NCBI GenBank assembly: GCA_030704615.1 | Contig: CM060734.1 | Coordinates: 54,932,001 to 54,996,000, forward strand | Origin: Takakia lepidozioides | Taxonomy: Eukaryota > Plantae > Bryophyta | Reading direction: 5' to 3' | DNA: 64,000 bases | Part shown: piece after piece, positions 47,990-61,422 of the stretch | How the letters are laid out: each line of letters starts with the position of its first letter | Numbering within the stretch: position 1 is the stretch's first letter | Translations under genes and position numbers: made by a program | The notes under the pieces: generated by a model | What the model was told of the DNA's origin: nothing | The model's input: the letters and a program-made list of their open reading frames with translations, nothing else | Databases searched by the model: none

Positions 47990-50900
47990 ATGGCGGTTGG
48001 CTCGACAGCAGTGGCGTCCCGGGCAATTATCTCTGGGGTGATTAATCCGGATCTACGACTTGCTTCCACTACGGAGGACTCATCTGTGACATTTCGAGTT
48101 TCGCACATAGGATCATGGTCTTCGTCTTTGAGAGGAACAAAAGTAGGAAATGACTTCGGCCAATGCAAAATCACCAGAAGAACTGCTTCTATCAACGTGG
48201 TTTCTCCCAGGGCTGTGTCTGATTCGCAAGTTTTTGGAGAGAGCTGCTTGGATCCAGATGCTAGCAGTGTAATCTCCTTTATAGTGGCCCCTCAGATTTC
48301 CAAGTCAACACTTGCGAGTTTCTTTGTGAAATCCGTTGCATCGTATTTTACAAAATAGATTATGATCGCTACTCCCTCAATGTAACCTGCAGAGGAAATT
48401 GGCAATGTAAGAATCGAAAGGATTGTTGTCCCCTTTAAACAGTACTTCAGGGCAGATGTATATACACGGGGAGAAATAGTTGATCTTTTGAGAGGAGCGC
48501 CTAATGCTCCATGGCAGCTGGGAAGAACGTTGGGTGGGTAGCTGGTAGCTCACTGTGCTCACAAACTCTTCCATGTTAGATGAGCCAGGTTGATTCCTCG
48601 CAGCTCGCTAGGAATGCAGGCGAGTGGAAGTTTTATTGTTTGAATATGTTCGTAGTTGATGCTGAAGGTGGTGCTTAAGTCTGATGGTCTAACAAAGGAA
48701 TGCCTTTCCCACTGGCAGAGCGTGTTGGGTATCATATTGGGAGATGGAAGGGAGTCTCGATTGTACCCCTTGACTAAGAAACGTGCCAAGCCCGCTGTGC
48801 CTTTGGGTGCCAACTATAGGCTGATCGACATCCCTGTCAGTAATTGCATCAACAGTAATCTCACCAGAATTTATGTCCTCACCCAGTTTAACTCTACATC
48901 ATTAAATCGTCATTTGTCACATGCCTATGCAAACAATGTGGGGAGCTACAAGAATGAGTGCTTTGTAGAGGTCTTGGCTGCGCAGCAGAGTCCTGAGAAC
49001 TCAAAGTGGTCTCAGGTAAGAAACCTCCCTTTGCATGCAGGGTTGATGAAATTGGCAAATTCTTTTGCTTCATAGTCTGGCACAGAGTGGCTAGAGTTGC
49101 ACTCAAATTCTGACTTGCGTTAGTTTGATTTACCAGAGGGAGGACCAAATGCAGCTTAGAAGAGAGTTCGTCACTATCCACAGGAAGCTCAAAGAGCTTA
49201 GAAATTTATTGCTGTAGTGACTCTCATCTTGTTATGTCACGGTCTCGTGAGCTCAGGTCTCTAATATCCGTTTTGTAAACCAATAAAAGTCCTTGAGGAA
49301 GAGGGAGACTGATAGTTGGGTTTGCAATTGTCCTCAATCCTCAAAGTGTCTCAGTCTTGTAGCATGCTTGATGGCCTGTGAGCATAAGGGGAGAGAGGGA
49401 GCCGTGATTGGAAGAAATGAAGGGAGGTGACTCTTTTAAGGAATCCTGGATTGATTTCCTGGGACTCAAAGCTTACCACTCATTTGAGTTATGGGGGTCT
49501 TTGGGCTCTGCATTGCTTCATTGCAGGGGACAGCTGATGCAGTTAGGCAATATCTGTGGCTATTTGAGGAGGTGAAGTTGCAGGAATATGTGGTGTTGGC
49601 TGGGGACCACTTGTACCGCATGAACTACCAGAAAATTGTCCAAGTTCACCGAGACACAAACGCTGATATCACTGTGTCAGCTTTACCCGTGTGTGAAACA
49701 CGTGCCACTGACTTTGGATTGATGAAGATCAATGACGACGGGCGTATTGTGGAGTTTGCTGAGAAACCACGAGGAGATGCTCTCAAAGCAATGCAGGTGA
49801 GCTCTTGAGGGAGAAGAAATGGTTTTCTTTTCTTCTACATCACCAAGGAGACCAGTATATTCATTCTTATTCCATCAGGCTGTAAGTAGTTAGCTGCAAG
49901 ATCAGTCCAAATAATAATCAACATGTTAAACCAGGGCCTCCTGAAGATAAGCAAGGAAGAACCTATTATAGCATGCATGTGTTGCAAATATCTCTGAAAA
50001 CAGAAGTGTGCTGGCCTCATCTATTTGAGTCTGTAACAGAGAGATGCCCTGACTGGGCATCAGCACGCTGTGAATGTGCTATGCACCTCTAACGCAATAG
50101 TCTTCTGAGGGTAATTAATTCCAACATAGTAAGTTATAACTAAGCCTGATGTTCAAACAAGCTGGTCATAGGAAGTTTGGCTGTTGTTGATTTAACTGGT
50201 CTTGACAGCAGCATTGTCATGTCAATCTCGGTAGCACTGCTACTGAAGCCCTTACCACAACAGAGATGTGACACATAGTAGCTGTTGAAACAGTAATGCT
50301 GGTCATCTTGTTCTGCAGAATGTAGCTTTCTGGTCCGCAGGGACACACAAGACAGAAGCAATTTCTAAAGCAATGTTAGGGATCAAAGGGATTTTCAGGA
50401 GCAAGGATATTATGACCGTTTTTGGGAGAGGAGAAGTACAAAGGTTCATATGTCCACAGGATTGACACAGAACATGTACTCACAAGACTTTATTTGCCGT
50501 AGCCTTGTGGCCATAGACCCCACTCTCAGATTGAGACAGAAGAGAGGGAGAGTTGAGATTGAGATTTTTGCCATATGTTGCTGGGCTGCCCTGCAGAAAT
50601 TGCCACTTTAGGAGTTTTGGACTTGGTCACAAATCGCCAGAGGATTTATGCATGTGCTAACTAAGCACTGTTTATGTGATGTCTGGGAGAAGGTGAAATA
50701 AACTCTTGTGCTCCGCTGCCTGGTTCATAGTGAGTGGTCCTGTAGCAAGTCTGGTGGTTGCTGACGCTGTCCAGGACCTTGGTGACACTAGTTCTTGCTT
50801 GGGTCACAAGAACAAGTAGCTCAACACTTCAGTGCTAATGAACTAGAGTTTGTTGTAATACTCTATTATATCTGCAGTGGATAGGTGAGGATTCAGGAAT

Positions 50901-53813
50901 GCATGGAGATCAATTTTAAGCTTGCAACTACTTCAAGTAGTTCAACATGCCAATAGAAAAATATTAGCTCTGAGGATGGAGAAGGAAGAGCCAGGAAACT
51001 ACCGGGTGTAGGAGGAGCTTCCAATTGCATCAATTTACCAAGAAGATGATTTGTTGCTGTAGTATCAGCAAGCCTTACCTGTCTACATTTGTCTAAGTCA
51101 GTGATTTCTTTGTGATTCCATATAAGAGAACTTGAGATGTACTTGCTGATGTCCTGTCAAACAGGTTGACACGACAGTGCTGGGGTTAGATGCAGACAGG
51201 GCCAAGGAGATGCCTTATATTGCCAGCATGGGTATCTATGTGGTCAACAAGGATGTCATGATCTCATTGCTGCGAGATCAGTTCCCTGAAGCTAATGATT
51301 TTGGAAGTGAAGTCATCCCTGGGGCCACAAAGATTGGGATGAAGGTCGCTTTCTATCTTGAATATCTGTCTATCTGGTGGGATTTCTATGCTTTTCGATC
51401 CAAATGATTATGGCTCCCTAGCACCCAGCTCAATCAGGACTTCTGACTTTGACACAAGAATGGGTATAAGTAATTTTCCGACATTACCTGGGCAGAAATT
51501 GAGATGCAGAGAATCGGGTGGATTTTCTGGTTCTGCATACAACCCTCTGGAATTGCTTTCCTTTCTCTGATCATAAGGTCAGGATTCTTGCCTAGAACAC
51601 AAAGAATATGAAAAGGGTGGGAGAACCTTTCTGACATTTCCTTAGCAGCAAATTGATAGGGATGCTGAGAGAGTGTCTTGGGGTCAAGGAGGTCTTCAGT
51701 ATGATAGCCAGCCATTTCATTGACTGAAGAGATGGCACGAGAGTGACTCATTACATTCATTTTAACCCTCTGAAACCATGCTAACCCACTACTTGACCAA
51801 GTCAAGGATCAGGACTGTGATGGCTGAAAGTGTAGTCAATGCAGTTCATATCCTGGGCAAACTCATTTGCTTAAACAGTACACTGAAGAGCGGGGAAAGG
51901 TTTCCAGTTTATCTAACCTGATGGGATTCAGGTGCAAGCATATCTGTATGACGGATACTGGGAGGACATTGGAACCATTGAGGCTTTCTACAACGCCAAT
52001 TTGGGCATCACAAAGAAGCCTATCCCTGATTTCAGGTGAGCAATTTAACACAGGTGGAGAGGGTGTGGCGAATGGTCCCAAAGCCTTCATCCAAGAGTGG
52101 ATTGTATGTTCATTTTCTGATGTAATGATTGGTGTAAGATATCAACCACTCATCCATCCCAAGAGTTGTGATCCAATGTCATCTTTGCTTTTCAGATTCA
52201 CCAAAGGTTTGTCGTATTTACTGATTGATCACACCAAAGGTGTGGTGATTATGACCGCAGTTTCTATGACAGGTCTGCTCCAATTTACACACAACCTCGT
52301 TTCCTGCCACCATCCACGATTTTGGATGCTGAAGTAACAGACAGCGTTATTGGTGAAGGTTGTATTATGAAGGTACAACCGTCTCTAGGATATTCTAGCC
52401 TTGGGCTGTACTCCAGTTGAGAGCAATGCATTGTCAGCAACTTCTTGGAAAATTTTAATTCCGCATAGTAAGCAGTAAGTGACTGTATCTATAACACTCC
52501 TCTAGGAGCTGCCTGGGCTGTTCTGTCTATTCTCAGAAATTCAGCAAGAGTGGCAGAGTTGATAAGTGATCAATGAGACATATAGAGAGAGGTTTAGTGA
52601 ATGATTTCATTTTTGTAATGTTGGAACTGGATGGCTTGTAGAACTGCAAAATCCGTCAGTCGGTGATAGGGATAAGGTCATGGATTGCTGAAGATGTTGT
52701 GATCGAAGAAACACTGCTTATGGGTGCAGATTATTATGAGGTCTGTTAACTCCCCTTGATGCTGTTTCCACAGTAAAGTAAGAACAGCAATCCACCTCTA
52801 ATTTAGCTGAGCTAGCTGGCCCAATATTCTTGATTTCAGTAGCTGGGACTTGTAGTCTTGACGCTATTCTTTCCTTGAAGAATTAGTAAGACTATTACAG
52901 GTTCGATGATGGAGTGCCCAACACTCCACTTTTCACGGAATCTAGCAACCTTCAATGCTTGTATCTTGCTTTCCTGCTTCTTTGAACTTCCAGTGGACGT
53001 TTATAGAGGTTTTATTTCTTGCTTTGTCCATAAGCTCTTTGAGCTTTCCGGCGGACGTTATAAAGTACGATTTCATTTCATTTCATTTCAGACACTGTTT
53101 CTTTCGTTTTGAATGCCCCTTTCACTATAGACCTGTCTCTGTTGGATGGTAGACGGACGATCAACGAAGAAAATTGTGGGCATCTGGTGGTATACCCATG
53201 GGCATCGGCAAAGGTTCAGTGGTGAGGAGAGCCATTGTTGACAAGAATGCACGAATAGGTGACAATGTGAAGGTATGTTTGTTCCAAGGAAAGTTCATGT
53301 AGCCTTAACTTGTACACACAACTCCATTTTTGTGGATAAGTTGCTAAAGGACAAACATAGTCATTATGGGGCACCGCGATGAATTCACTAGACTCTCCTT
53401 GCTTATGCTATATGCATTGAATAATGCATCCAGTCAGCACAAAGGGGTGAAGGAGATGGGGGGGGGGAGGGGCACTAGGCCCTACGATGCTACTAATCCC
53501 TGGCAGCTTGAGCTCAATCCTATAATGGGTAATGCATTTGGAAAAAGCTTGGCATATTGGGGAACAGGGAGAGGTTTGAAAGAGTCTCAATATTGTGTGC
53601 CGTGTGTGTGCGAGAAAAGCGGAGGGACGAAGAAAGCAGAAAAGACAGGAGAGAGAGCCTGTTCATCCATGCAAACTAACACCCTCCTCTGTTTAGATTG
53701 TGAACAAGGACAACGTGCAGGAGGTAGCGAGGGAAATTGACGGGTATTTCATCAAGAGTGGCATTGTCACTGTAATGAAGGATGCTCTGATTCCAAACGG
53801 AACAATCATCTAA
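47990..53813 (+). CDS. APS1: ADP-glucose pyrophosphorylase small subunit (plastid), 9 exons: 47990-48268, 48719-49015, 49527-49796, 51165-51344, 51932-52035, 52261-52372, 52642-52740, 53153-53272, 53697-53813; 525 aa
   Basis: Transit peptide, [92 protein letters not shown]; all introns GT-AG, frame intact. Confidence 0.96.
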
Positions 53814-54696
53814 CGCAGATATTCCCAACAGCTAGTGGGGACAGTGCAATAACAGGAGACATTCCTATTGTAAATGTTCTAGAATAGATTGCTTCTGCTA
53901 GACCCCTCTTCTTGTACCGGACACTCTCTATCAAAGTGGCATATTTTTCTCATTCACGAGTCCCATGTTTTGCGTGAGGGGTCTTTCATGAGCTGTCAGC
54001 CTCATCATGTCATAATAGAGATTCCACTGGGGCAAGCTGTTCAGACTATTGTCACCCTACTGGAGTGAGCCCCTCACAAAGATAGTGTGTGTTCCCTCCT
54101 GGGGTCTATGGCAACAACGCTATGGCATACGTCTTATGAGTATATTCTATCCACCAGCCACAGGGTCTGGCACCAAAGGTACAGCATGCAAACTATGATG
54201 AGTATCCTGTTGGATTCAAAGTTGATATCCTCAGGACATGGAGGTTCTTTCAATCTCTACTTCTCTTTCATTTTTGTCACCGATCATACAGTGCAATGCA
54301 AGTGATTTCTAACATTGGCCAATCATGGCTTTCTATGGCTAATCCGGCTTGTCCATTCTCAGATGCAGGCTGACATTGCACTGGCTCCATCTGCCACGCA
54401 GTTGTGGCCACATTGTGCATCAAGAATTATGCACAGCCCCTATACTAGCTTGGTGAAATCGAGTGCGAAAGACAGACTTGGTCATCAATTGCAATAATCT
54501 CGTGGCTGTTGGCTACAAAGGAGGCTTGTGTGGGCTAGCTGGGTAACTGACAAGAGCTGGAAGACTTCAATTGAATTTTCCCCGGTGCCACTCAACACAA
54601 GAATGGCTACCCTAGTAGCAATACCAGACTCCTGACCTACCTGGCCCTGCCACTGAATTCATAAATCCAATTCCTAGCAACTGAGACAGCAATTGG

Positions 54697-57600
54697 CTAG
54701 CGCTTGAGAAGTTTCAAAAGATCTCCAACCAGATAGAGTGAGCCAGTAACCAGGACCTGTACACACACCCACCAAGCATGATCTCCTTGTCACTTCCTCT
54801 GACTGTAATATTGTGAGTCAAACAAGGGGCAAGCTGCAGTATAAGCTACCTGAATACGGAGCTGTGGGTGTTGTGTGGAGCAGCTGCGGAACCAGTCCAA
54901 TGCAGCAGGCAGTGAGCGCAAGACTGCACTGGATGGGCCTAGCATTTCCTGCTGAAAGATACCCTCTGGCTCATCCTTCAACCCAGACAACAGCTCGCTG
55001 CAAAGCTCCTTCCTCTCATGTGAAAGAGCAACACCACCTGACCATACTGCATTCATTACGAACAGTTCCCACCATGTGCGGAAAAAGAAATTGCAGCTTA
55101 AACGGCACTAATCTATCATTACGTAGCCCCCACAGAAATTGGCACCTACTGGAGATTTGAAGAGAGCAGTATTAGAGGCTGTTGTCTGGGCAGGTGAGAG
55201 AAAAAGTAGCATGTGGATACTGCAAGATACCACTTTGATACGACTTCAGAAAATTCCAGGAAAGCTTCTACTGCGAGAACTCACATGAGGATTTGCAATC
55301 AGCAATCCAACCAACACTGGCTCCAAGCCTTGCGACTCACTAAATACCCATTGGTTACCCATACGATTTAATGTTGGAAACGCATAATCTGGGGATAGCA
55401 ATTGATCGGGTTTTGCATTGAATGTACATGGTGCTGGCACCCAGATAAATAGAAGCAGAAAGGAGTGGTGTCTTCTGACGCAGGAGACTACAGTTCCATC
55501 TCCTGCCGAGTCATCTTGATTTGACCCACCTGTGCACAAATTTTAATCTGCCATTCATTGTTCAAGAACAAAAGATGACCGTGGGCGAACCTCAGCCGAC
55601 AACTTGAGTGAGAGAGTAGACCTGAAAGCCTTGATTGGCGTAGTGACTCCCAATGTCGCTGCATCACTTGCTGCCATGACACATCAGAATGTGGCGAGGT
55701 GCCAGGTGCTGGCCCATCCATTGACGTATAGCTGGAATGGGGTGGCACAAAAAAGGCCATATGCAGCGGCATCCCTGCATCATAAGCTCACCAGCACTTC
55801 TATTCACCCCAAAACCTGATTTGACTTTGGAGGAGACCCCTGAACTGAACTAACCTCTGTCACAGATATGTTCCAACCAGAGAGAAGGGTATCAGAGACA
55901 GGCATAAGGAAAGCAACCAGCCAGGGTACCTTTGCGCACACAGGTATTGATGACAGGGGGCAGCAGAGACAGCGGATCACGCTTAGGCATGCAGTTGAAC
56001 AGTAGCACCTGCCAACCAAGGTGGACCCTCTCAAGGTGAATCTAGGTGTTTCTGGAGTATGCGGAGTTGTCCCAGAAGGATAGCCAGAGGTAAAGACAGG
56101 TCAAAATGTCTTATTCCAAAGAGAGACAACGGAGTTTGGCTATGCAATGCAACCTCTCTAGCTCGGAAGTAAATGAGACTGGCACCCTCAAGTAGATGAT
56201 GGACCGCTGCACTGCAATTTTGAGCATGATACTTGATGAGTGACACAATCAGATGGAGTATCTTGGCAAGGATGTGTCCTCCAGTACAATGGCAAAGCAT
56301 AAGAGACTGACCCTCCTGACCAAAGAGTCCTTGCCACTCCACTTGTTGCCATCCAAGCTAGTACTTGATGACTGCAAATTGTGGCAGCCATTTGATTTGT
56401 GTTTCCATGTGTCATCCTCTGCTTTCAGAGTGGCACAGAACCAGTTGGCACAAGCCTCCATGCTTTCAGGACTGTGGGCTCCATCCAAATAGAATGATAG
56501 ATGGCCAGACTGGTCATGGATAATGTCTCCACGGCCTGGCCACCTTGTTGTCCTGAGGCCCCTCAAGTACGCCTCTGGAAGTCTGCCCTGTTCTACTGCC
56601 TGCCAGACAACTGCTCACATTAGTACCGCAAGAGTAAGACCTAACAAGTGACCTTATGTATCTGCTGAAGACTTTTGTATGCCTGATCTCAAGAAGCATG
56701 GAATGGATGTCCTGATCTGGGCTGTGCAAAGGATGGGAAGGCTCACCTGTTGGAGCTGGTGGGCATGCTCAGATTGTCCACTCCGCTGAGCCCAGCGCAT
56801 GCACAGGGCAACAGCCACCGCGGCATTGATGCGCTGATGCTCCCCTCCCAGCCCGAGTTGCAGTTCCTCAAGCCCATATGTGTCCAGCGATGGGGCAGTC
56901 TCCAGCGATATCTTTGCGAACAATCACAACCAAGCATAAAATTTACTTCTCTATACATCCTTCAATTGGAAGACTTCAATTTATAGACAAATGTGGCACG
57001 TACAATACCAAACAAAGAAATTGAGAGATGCAGTATAGAAACTTACTGCCAGTTCCTTGGCCCTCTTCTGAAGGGCAGCCATTGCTTCTGCAGGCTGCGG
57101 AGATGTGATCGCTGGAACACCTGCCTTCACACATACACCTCACAATGCCACTAAGACTTCCCCTCAGAAACATCACACAAAAATTTTGCTCATCAAGAAC
57201 ACATCATCACCGTCGTGCTGTCTGTGCAAAGCTCAAATACTAGAACTTCTGTGCCACTGGAAGCCAAATGCTGGGGCAAAGATGGTGCTATTACCTTGAA
57301 GATGCCTGCTTTCTCGCCAGCAATCTCTGCCAGGGTGTCCCCTGTTGTTCATGCATACACCCTCAGACCTTCGAACACTAGTCTCACTATCACTGGACAA
57401 AGGAGCTCTTGCCCAGAGCTTATGAAGACTTTGTGCAGCCCTTTTACTCATGAATTTGTTCTCAAAATCACTTCATGTTATGCACAGCACACAGAAGATT
57501 CTTTGAGACATCAGCGCTAGTCTGATGTTAAGGGAAAAAAAAGTCTTCTGCAGTGCCTGTAGAGGCAGAATCCCACCACATACACTAAAACAAGGGTAGA

Positions 57601-60178
57601 ATGATGGAAAAAACTTAGTTGCTGACAAGAAGTGGGTGTACCGAGCAGTTCCATGTGATCATATCCAAGTGAGGTGATGCCGCAGACCACTGGTGACCTC
57701 ACCTGCACCCACAAGTACAAGTGCCATGCAGCAGCCAAGGACAAGTAGGTACAGTGCCTTCATCACCTGCTAAATCAAAACCTCTATGGACTAGGGAGGC
57801 TGAAACTGAAACAAAAGAACCAGCGGAAACAAGGGGAAAACAAGAGATGCAGTGGGCTGATGGCATTGACGACTAGTCACAAAAACTTTCAGCTATAAGA
57901 GTCATAAGAAGAGGTAAGGGGCTTACAATATTGGTGGCGTCAAGGCGGCCACCAAGGCCAACCTCAAGGATGGCAACATCCACCTACAGTCATAGCAACA
58001 TCTCTTCAGACATGTCTCACGTGCCACATGCCACTAATACGAAACCAACTTTTCATGCTTCCCTAATAAAACCAGATGCAAGCATCCTCCTGTCCTACAA
58101 ATAGGGAACTAGCATATACAAAGCCTTCTACTCTTTGCTTTATTTTGCTTCCATTTTCTACTCCGTCTTAGAGCATCTTGTTTGCTAGTTGGACAAGAGC
58201 TGTTGAACCAGTGGGTTAAGACGCACATGGTTGGCAGTAAACATCCTTAGAGCCATAAGCGTAAGGAAGCGGAAGAAGCCTGGCATCTCTCCTCCTGCTG
58301 CTGCATTGACCTATCCACCCTCAGGTAGCATAAATCACCAATCAGATGATCTGGATCTTCGCTACAAACATAGCACTTATCCAGCTTTACCGTGAGATCA
58401 ACCCACAGATATGAATCTATAAGTTAAACATCCTCACACGAAATAACCGTCCTAATTAGCAATCAAATGCATTGCAATATCAACCACACAAGGGAAAGCA
58501 TGCAATGGCAAACCTGAAGACGATCCCAGCACCACCAAAAATGTTCTGTGAAAAAGTCCTCTGAGACCTCCACACTATTTGAAAAGCACAACCAAGGAAT
58601 CAATCAGATTCTCACTTGCCTATGCTGCAACTGCTTCACCCAGAACTGGAATCATCAACCTTTCAAGAGAGCATATAGTTCCAGTAGAAGAAGGCAGGTG
58701 CAGATGCTGTAGGTGCACAACTCAAATGCCCTTCAACCTCCACAATGAGGTAGATTGGAGGGGTAGACCACTGAGATTGGAATTCTTGCAATTCGTGCTT
58801 GGTAGACAGTGAAACGCACTTCACCAAAAAGTTGACATTATGGTTCAAACTAACTGACCCATCAAAACGGAAGCGTTCACGAACATGAAAGAGGTGTGGG
58901 GATGTAAACAGTCCTGTCCGAAAGCCTGATGCCCTCAGCATGCTCTCCGTGAAAGCACATGTAGAACCCTGCTTCCCTCCACGAACCCTTGCCTTAGCTC
59001 CCCATTGCAGATATCATACCACCTATTCTCACTCTGAACAAGAGAAGGTGGACAGCAGCAAAAATCCAAACTAACTAACAGTGGCAAGGGGACAGGACAT
59101 TGCATACGTTGGAAAACAATAACTAATTAAAAAACCTTGAACAACCAAAGAACCTGAAAAGAAAATGGGAGTGTGTGCATCCATAAGTCATCACCTTTCC
59201 CTTCGTTCCAGCTACATGGATGACACTGAGTCTCGACAATGGCTCCTCCAGCTCCAATACCTAGCATTTAGCTTTTCGTCAAAAGGTATTACAAAGTGAA
59301 ATTCCAGCCTTTGCTTAGGCCTGGGCTTCCTCTTCCCAAATACCATTCAGTCTATCCCTCAATTGTATCATATTTCATGGATCAGGAGTTAGATATACAT
59401 TGCACCAAATAAACTGTGTCGTTTACCCATCACTGGTAGACATTCCTTACTTAATGCCCATAATCAGAAAGCATACACAACATTCATTGCTGTGGGGTTC
59501 AACAGGCATAAAACAGGCCTGCAAAAATTGCTGCTTGGGAACAAGTGAGGCGACTTTATATGCTGAACACACTCTGTTAAGGAAGGACCCTGACAGCGAT
59601 AACTGGCCATTCGCCCTAAGGCTCACACCATGCCATGGTCCTGTCAGCCAGGCACACCCACCTCCGTACCCAGAAAAAATCTCTGCGAGAGAAGATAGCA
59701 ATGAAAGCAGAGAACGAATACATCAGGGAAAGTTTTCAAATCCTCCTCTCTAGTACCCCCTTCCATTTCCGTCCTTTCTCAACAGCTGCCACCAACAAAA
59801 CTATTTTTCCGCACTCCACCATAACAAACACTCTTGCCAGCTATCTATCAACTAATCTGGATGGCCAATCCCAGCTGTGTGAAAGAAAGTTAACAGCTTC
59901 ATGGTTAAAATACCCCGGACATTCTGTACCACACCGCATGAATTATGCCTACCGTCTATGTTCCTGTAGCTCAGACTTGACAGTGGCTCGAATTCACGAG
60001 AGGCTAACGAGACTGAAAATGTGTAACCCACAACCTTAAGATGGTAGAATGTCGACTCGAAGTGGGCTGCCCAATTAATAGCTCCGGTGCTTGGATCCAC
60101 GTCTGGCCTGCGATTGATGAGTCCATTCAAGGCCACAAGAGCTTCATCATACGTCCGGTGGTGCATCTGTTGCGCCAT
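54697..60178 (-). CDS. FPGS: Folylpolyglutamate synthase, multi-exon
   Basis: Exons give IHVAGTKGK/GSTCAFTESMLR..GFRTGLFTSPHL..VRERFR, VDVAILEVGLGGRLDATN, GITSLGYDHMELLG, EIAGEKAGIFK, WPGR, FYLDGAHSPESM, VLVTGSLYLVGDLLKLLKR*; some 3' exon boundaries not resolved. Confidence 0.93.
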
Positions 60179-61422
60179 GGCCTCCCGGAGGTGATCTCGC
60201 AGTGCAGTTAGAATCTCTCTTGCACTCTGTAGACCGTACAGGCCCCAGGTGCGAGAAACACGGACTACCTCGCCCTCAGTTGCACATGCTTGATTGTAAT
60301 CGAGCTACAACGCTTTCAGATCACTTCCTCCATGATTCTAGCCTTGGTGGGTGGTCGACGAACTTCAAAAAGGTCACGGGCTGGGTCTGGAAGATGTATC
60401 CGACTTCTCATTCATTCCAATTACGTAGAGATAAAAGCGCGGGATAATACATAATACCTACTTACCATAGAAATAGAGGTAGGAACCAGGAACTAGGAGC
60501 TTGGAACTTGGAACCAATCTTTTCTGATTAGTATGGTAACCCACTTGTTTTGAATTGTTATTCCTGTTTTAGTTGCAAGGAAGAGGTTTGAAGGGAGTCT
60601 CTAGTTGTGAGCCATGGTTACTCCCCATTGTTTGTACAACAATAATGGCAGACAGAATTTCCCACGTCCTGTCTCATGGTGATATTTTTGAACCTGCACG
60701 ACTGCAGAAGACAATGGTGCCCCTGTAATGCCTCGTGACAATTTCAGATGGCTGTGGGGCCTTTGCATCTCCTACTGGCCTGTCTGCTTGTGTTCCTCCT
60801 TGGTGGGTATTGGGCTGTTCTCCCTCTGTTGGTCCAATTTGAACAAGTGTCTTCATGAGATATGGACTTCTCCTGGGGTATAATTGTTAAGTCACTCACT
60901 GGTTTTCAGTCCGACTGCACACTATGTAGGTCCCCTCTTAAGTATAGTGGAAGCTGCCGATCACAGACCTTCAAAGAAGTTAATGGCCGCCCCAGCTTCC
61001 GTAGTAAAGAGAGAGGGCAAGATAGTAAAGCTTACCAGAGCCTGCTTCGTTCTTCTGGAGAAGACAAACCCGATTAATGGTCCATAGAGTTCACTCTGGG
61101 CAATTGAATGTTATGTTGGATGTGCATTTCAATGGCATTGCTGCAACGTTCAAGTCTGTTTCTCTTGAAGAGATCGAGCTTCCCGACTTTATTGCAAAGC
61201 AGGGCTCGTACCAGGAATTAGCCAGTATGTTGCGGCACTTACATTACCTTATTGTATACGTAGCGCGATGTCAGAGTTGCACGGCAGGTAATGTGTACTC
61301 TGTGTCCACCTTTATGCCTGTCACAGATGTTAAGAAGGACACAGAATTGCCGCCAACTCGAGTTCATGTGGGATACTGATTCGGAGATTCTGTGCACGGG
61401 TGTGAAGGTTTCGCATCGTTGC

